Of a stretch of DNA of 64,000 nt, positions 47,501 through 64,000 are shown one piece after another. The stretch comes from Podarcis vaucheri (taxonomy: Eukaryota). A program made the position numbers and the translations under genes. The stretch lies in the NCBI GenBank assembly GCA_965113315.1, contig OZ220363.1; one strand, given 5' to 3'. Within the stretch, counting starts at the first letter, position 1. Each line of letters starts with the position of its first letter. The notes under the pieces are model-generated. The model worked only from the letters and a program-made list of their open reading frames with translations, searched no databases and was not told the origin of the DNA.

Positions 47501-50365
47501 TCAGGTCCGCTGAGAGACCAGCTCCCTCAGCTATCATTATTTACAACCATTCTATCAGACTATAAAAGTGGGAAAGATGGAAGTGCAGGATCATTTCCAT
47601 AGGTTTTGGTGAAAAAACTGGAACTTTTGGCTTTTCCTCTTTACATCTTTCCATTCCATCTGATCCCTACAAGAATTTTATAGCCTGAGCTTGCTTTCCC
47701 GCTTTTTATTCCTTTTCCTTTTATGTTGTCTCTTGGATTGTGAGCATACCTGTAACTCACTCTGGGAACCTTTTTTTGGCTGAATAGTGGGATGAAATGT
47801 TTTTAATAATAACAGCCCATGTCTATTGAATTTTGGACAATTATTACTGGTAAGCCAGAGGTCCTTCAGTTGCTTATTTTCCACATGACAAGTAATACAT
47901 TTTTTACACACTTATGGAAATACTCATTGTATTACCTTGATTTCCTCCCAATACGGGCCCCCACGTGTGAACATGAAGTAATTATAGATGTCATCCTTCT
48001 GATGAGAGAAGTATGGGTCTGTATAGATGTTTATCATCCAGGGTCTACCATCACCACGAACACGCAGGACCAGGGTATTGAAATTTGACCAATCATAAGG
48101 CTTCTTTCGATCAAAAGCCACCTACCAAAATACAAGATATTGCTCTAAGCCAGAGCTTCCCAAACTTCTCATGTTGGTGACACATTTTTCAGACATGCAT
48201 CATTTCGTGACATAGTAATTCAGTTTTACTAGCAAACTAACCCATTCCCAGCCCCAGGAGGAGCGTGGGGAGAATTTTTGCATGAAACATCTGTACACTG
48301 CAGCCAACACACTAACATGTCGCAATGCACAATTTGAAAAGCTCTGTTCTAAGCCTTCCACAGAGTCAAATTTGACTTCCCCATCCCAACTAAGCTGTTT
48401 CAGTGCACTCTGAACACGTTTACACACTTTTATTGTATTGTTAATGAACTTTAGTTCTTCCAGGAAGTTAAATAAATATATACAATTTTACCAGATTTTG
48501 GAAGGGAAGATAAAATTACATTACAAATTCACATTTAAGACCATGTTTTAAAGTATTTACATTTAGTTTTATTTAAGAAGCACATAATTAAAAATTAGTA
48601 GGTAAAGGCTTTGAGGAAATCATGCTTTATGCCTTATGCTTTACTCACTATCCATGTAATTTGTGTGACTGAATAACATGCCTCAAACATACTATTCTTT
48701 TTCAAAAAGTGATAAAAAAAGCTGGAATAGAACTTGGTCAAAAACTGAGACGCATGTCCTAACACATAGAACTCAAAAGACATATCTTTAAAATGGCATT
48801 TTTGTATACTGTATTCACCTTCTCACAGTTGTGGCAGCAGGAAGAGTGTTTGGTTGACTACACAATGCTGAGCACGCTCTATAAATCAAGGTCAGTACAA
48901 TTTTAATATATCTGTACATTAAGCAAACACTGTTGCACACAGACCAACAACAAATGTATCTCAGATTTATACCCTCCTCCCCTTATACCAGTGGTGTCCA
49001 GACTTTTTTCAAAGAGGGCCAGATTTGATGAAGTGAAGGACCGTGAGGGCCGACCAAAGCTGTTGAGCTTTTTTTAGGGTTTAAGTTGTTGAGGTTTTTT
49101 TTAGGATTTTTACCCCAGGAAATAAACTGCCACAGGGGCCAGATTAAACCCCTGAAACAGACTTTGGACTTGCCTGCCTTATACAGTTGTACCTCAGAAG
49201 TCCGTTCCAACTTCCAAAACGTTCAGAAACCAAGGCACAGCTTCCAATTGGCTGCAGGAAGCTCCTGCAACCAATTGGAAGCTGCAGAAGCCGTGTCGGA
49301 TGTTCGGGTTCCAAAGAACATTCACAAACCAGAACACTCTGGCATTCGGGAGCCAAAACGGTCGCCTCACAAAGCGTTTGGGATCCAAGGTACAACTGCA
49401 CTGTATACAACAGTAATGTTTTATATCAAATATAATTGATCTGTAGAAAGGACTTTATGATCTGAAAATAGAGACAATGTATGTACAGTCATACCTCGGG
49501 ATATGTGTCCTTCAAGTTAAGTATTTTTGGGTTGTGCTCTGCGGCGACCTGGAAGTAACGGAGCGCATTACTTCCGTGTTTCACCACACGCGCATGTGCA
49601 GACGGTCAAAATAACGTCACGCGCATGTGTGGAGAAAGGCAACCCACGCACGCACAGATGCGAGTTGCGTTCGCTTCAGGACGCAAACGAGGCTCCGGAA
49701 CAGATCCCGTACACGCCCCAAGGTACCACTGTACTTTTGTAACACACACACTCTCTCTATATAAAGAGCTTTCATCACTAAAAACTAATTCCACTCCTGC
49801 TTAAATAGTGCTCCTAGTTTGAAGCAAAATGACTATTACTATAATATATACTCACCAGTCGAGGTTTAGATCTCATGGAGCAGTAACCACTATACCTGGT
49901 CTCACCATCACGAGGTACTGTAGTATTAATGTTCCCATACACCAAAGCAGACTGGTTGTTCTTGCCCAGCTGCATATAGATTTCACTTTTCCCTCCAATT
50001 TCAACATCAGATGAGATTACCCATTTTTCCAAGTCTTCTTGACTACGAAACTCCCAAGCCACTTTTGTCTGTTCCAGCATGTATTGCTTTAGTGGACGTC
50101 CCTCGGGCCCTTTCACATGATCTGTTACTTCTTTCACTAATCGTCCAAAATGTGTCTTGATTCCTTCCACTCCCTTCTGAAAGCTGAAGTCTATTTTCTT
50201 CCAAGGCGGGGTTCTGTCAGGAGGTGTCCCTGGTCTCCTGTAGCTACTGTACCATTTTAGACTGCAACTATCAACAAGAGGTCTAAACAAGGGACACAAG
50301 CCATTTTGCCAGTGACATTTCTTTAGAAGACAGGCAGCATCCAAAATCTTGAGGGATGAAGCCAT
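44561..50365 (-). CDS. NDUFAF1: Complex I assembly factor NDUFAF1 (CIA30), 4 coding exons, ~306 aa
   Basis: Exons 50365-49856, 48121-47936, 45609-45535, 44710-44561; all phase 0, GT-AG, 921 nt. CIA30 motifs [77 protein letters not shown]. The first coding exon's acceptor is at 50465; a non-coding exon 1 is expected in the 52-kb CpG island. Confidence 0.96.
46485..46821 (-). mobile_element. Sauria SINE (Squam1-type)
   Basis: Reverse complement of a gggtggcgctgtggtctaaaccac head, a B box and a ggggtacctttacc tail; homologous to 59385-59769. Confidence 0.85.
48151..48346. mobile_element. hAT-type MITE
   Basis: cagagcttcccaaact...aatttgaaaagctctg with 8-bp TSD ctctaagc/ttctaagc. Confidence 0.75.
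48989..49176. mobile_element. hAT-type MITE
   Basis: cagtggtgtccagact...actttggacttgcctg flanked by a perfect 8-bp TSD ccttatac. Confidence 0.75.
49184..49398. mobile_element. Tigger/pogo-like MITE
   Basis: cagttgtacctc...aggtacaactg TIRs; the interior (gcaggaagctcctgca) is shared with 57371-57590. Confidence 0.75.
49486..49731. mobile_element. Tigger/pogo-like MITE
   Basis: TA|cagtcatacctcggg...cccaaggtaccactg|TA. Confidence 0.75.
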
Positions 50366-51466
50366 AATAATATTCACAGAAAACTAGAATCTTTTGCTTT
50401 CCAACAAACTTTTATTTAAATGAAAATAGTGCTTTCAATCCCTGATTAATGTTGTTTGCTTCCATCTGTAAGAAAAGGAAATGAAATATTTTTCGAGCAT
50501 ACATGTTGGCTTAATTTATTTTCCAAAGCTACTAAGATTTGGGTATATGCTTAACTTTATTACCTTAAGTAGAATTATTGGCACAGAGTCTGAGGATAAT
50601 CCCTGCCTCATAAATAAGAAACAGGTATCACATTGCCCTAGTTCATTATTATTATTTTAATTGAGTGTAATAAGTACTGGTATATTGTATCCAATTAGAA
50701 GCAGATTGTTTTTCTCTTTAAATGCAAATAGGGAGTGCACACCCATTGCACACGCATACTCTTAGCACCATGGAAAGCTTTTTTGAAATGTACTCCAGAG
50801 CTGGCTAAAAAGCAGAGATGACAATGGCAGTCATGCCCATTCAACAAAAACTCTTGGTTCAGGAATAAGCTCTTTAGGTGGCCTTAAGAAAGCCATTAAC
50901 AACTCATCTTCCATGTGCAATATGGGAATATTAGCCTATTTTCCGTGGTTGTTGTAGGGGATGCTGAAATAGCATACATGAAATACTTTGAAAACTCAAA
51001 AGGTATCACTACTAAATCCTAATCATATAGAAAATTAGTTTATAATCTTAAAATTTTGACAGAACAGTTTTAGCTTCTGCACCATCTAGTCACCAAGTCC
51101 ATTATTTATTGTTGGCTTTTTCACTGTATCTTGTAAGTTTAAAAGGATTACTTTTAGTAATAAAGAGCAGACTAGAAATGTTTTAAATAAATGACAACTT
51201 TAGGAAAACTTGAATCTGAGGAAACAACTTAGTTCTAATTGGAAATACCAAATGAAAAACTATGGAATGTTCACCCAAGAACATCCTTCACATTTACAAA
51301 TTCAGAACAGAAGTCGATCAGTAAGTCTTCTGAAACTGTGAATAAATAACACACTAGACGTGGCATGTGAATATACATAAAAGAACAGGCAAAAGCTAAG
51401 TACAGCGCTATCACTATGCAGCTATATCCAGACTATCAACGGAATTGAGAGAGAATTCTTCCTCAA

Positions 51467-51710
51467 GAGCCAGTGTGGTGTAGTGGTTAAGAGCAGTAGT
51501 CTTGTAATCTGGGGAACCGGGTTCGCGTCCCCGCTCCTCCACATGCATCTGCTGGGTGACCTTGGGCCAGTCACACTTCTCTGAAGTCTCTCAGCCCCAC
51601 TCACCTCACAGAGTGTTTGTTGTGGGGGAGGAAGGGAAAGGAGAATGTTAGCCGCTTTGAGACTCCTTAAAGGGAGTGAAAGGCGGGATATCAAATCCAA
51701 GCTCTTCTTC
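51467..51710 (+). mobile_element. tRNA-derived squamate SINE (Squam3-like) with (CTT)n tail
   Basis: A box gtgtagtggtt, B box gggttcgcgtcc, core gggtgaccttgggccagtc and tail ctcttcttc; near-identical copy at 62106-62352. Confidence 0.8.
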
Positions 51711-52913
51711 AAGTCGACAGTTTCCGCGCATGTTAATAACCAACAGACGACAACGGACGCCAGCAGTACTCGCCATACCACCCTTAGAGCCTGTATACCC
51801 TAACCTAAGGTTTTAATGCTGCCTGGTTTAGCTGAATAGTTGTGCCCTGTTTGTAAAATGAGAGGTCCCAGGGCATAAGGGTGCGCGAATCGGATGCCCT
51901 TTCGTTTGCTAGTCCGGGAGTTTCCTGAGCTAAACCACCCGGGAAATGTAGCGGAACATTTAGCAAGGAAAGCCCGCCGTGCTTGCATGCAGGCAAAAAC
52001 GGCCACAGAGTCACCTCTGACATCCCCGCTTCACGCTCACCGTAAGACCCTCACCTGCCTTCTGCGATGCCTCCACGCTCCGCGAGTCCGCCGCCGAAAG
52101 CCGTCCGTATGACCCCCGAGACCGAGTGCAGCTGGCTCCGCTCTCCAAGGAAACAAGAGCCTCACACTCAAGGTTCCGCGCTGCACACGGGAGAGTTTCT
52201 GGCCAAGCGCCCCCGGAACAAAAGCTCTCCCTCCTTCGGGTAAGAATTAGCCCAGAGACGTTATCGGCCCCCTGAGAAGGACGAGGGACACTGTCGCGTC
52301 ACCCTCCTCACTTCGCTATAAGGAACGGTCGCAAATCAGTCTCATGTAGGCCTACGAAGTACAACAGGCTTCAGGAAGTCCCAGTAGGCCAAAACCTAGT
52401 AACGGCCGTTTAAGGAGAGCCCGGCTCACAGAATGCTTTTACAGTACGACTGAGGGCTCGTTTATTCCCAAAATGCTGCTTTCATTTCTTCAGGTGAAAC
52501 AATACCCATCGCACTCCCTGCCGGGCCCCCCCGCCCCCCTCTCGCCCGCGCGCCGCTTCCTCGCAGCGCCATCTTCGAGGGCCAGGGGCCGGACCCAACT
52601 GACGCGGGACCGCCTCTTTGTTCCACCACAACGCCCGCCCCCTCCCTCCCCGTTCCGACTGGCCACTGGCCCGCCGCTCCTCGGCCCCGCCCCCATTCGG
52701 CGCCAGGCCCTTCGCCCCGCCCCGGAAGGCGGGGCGTCGCATGGCGCATGCTCGGTGCCCTTTGTGTCCCGGGCTCGCTAGCTGGCGGGCGAGCGGCTGG
52801 CTCGGCAAAGGCCCGGCCGCTCCGAGTGTTTCGCCGCTCGCGCCTGCGGGGCCCGCCGTGAGGAGCAGCGGCAGGAGCAGCGGCAGGAGCAGCAGAGCGC
52901 CGCCAACGCCGCC

Positions 52914-63401
<10,488 letters not shown>

Positions 63402-64000
63402 TGAGGTTTATGATTAAAGGCTAACTTAAATAACAATTTCAGTGCCCTCTACATATGCAACACGCACCCTCATGTCCGTATTTCTAGTAAGTTTGCTAGT
63501 TTTCATTTTGGTCAATGCCTACTTGTGCTCAGTATTGGTAGGATACCTGCAAATCATTTCCCAGCTGGTTTGGTTTCAAAAAAAAGGACAGAAGTGGAGT
63601 TAATGCAGATTATAAAATTATCCTTTGCAGGGTGCAAGAAATTGTCAGAATGTGTTGTTTTCGTTTCCTATCTATATTAGATATAGATACACACTACACA
63701 CACATATACATATACACACTACACACGCATATGCATATAAAAACACAAACAAATAGTGTCCTACCACCATATCTCCAACCTACTGAAAATGAAATACAGG
63801 AAGAGGATAGAAAAAATTACACTGCCCTCAATAAAAGTGCTTTTCAATTCCTCCCACTGTCCTAGAGTAGTCATGCTTTAAAGTGATCAATCCCATCAAC
63901 TCAAACACTTAGGCTCACCTGCCAGCTTCTAGATCTGGTATTTTGCTTTGAAACTGAGCAACAAGTCACCTGATTTTGCCAGTAATTTGCCTAGTCTGTA

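Overview
Vertebrate genomic DNA from a squamate reptile, most likely a lacertid lizard, judged from its Sauria/Squam-type SINEs, BovB/L2/Penelope relics and lizard MITEs. It holds the conserved block CHP1 (last two exons, +), Cyrano/OIP5-AS1 lncRNA (+), OIP5 (-), NUSAP1 (+), NDUFAF1 (-) and RTF1 (first four exons, +). There are three CpG-island promoters, two of them bidirectional. I built all coding exons by hand from splice sites and reading phase. Highlights: (1) An ORF-less gene of about 16 kb between CHP1 and OIP5 carries the near-perfect miR-7 site of Cyrano (15752-15777), the known trigger of target-directed miRNA degradation. It also has an extended miR-92 site and a TISU/YY1-embedded MAE* micro-ORF at its 5' end. 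(2) Its first intron contains an intronless HDAC11 fragment (8914-9150, -) fused directly to a Penelope-type minimal hammerhead ribozyme, beside a second Penelope inverted repeat whose hammerhead core looks intact. (3) A Tc1/mariner-type MITE in NUSAP1 appears to carry a captured host promoter and first exon. Gene identities and cross-species comparisons rest on recalled sequence; no database search was run.
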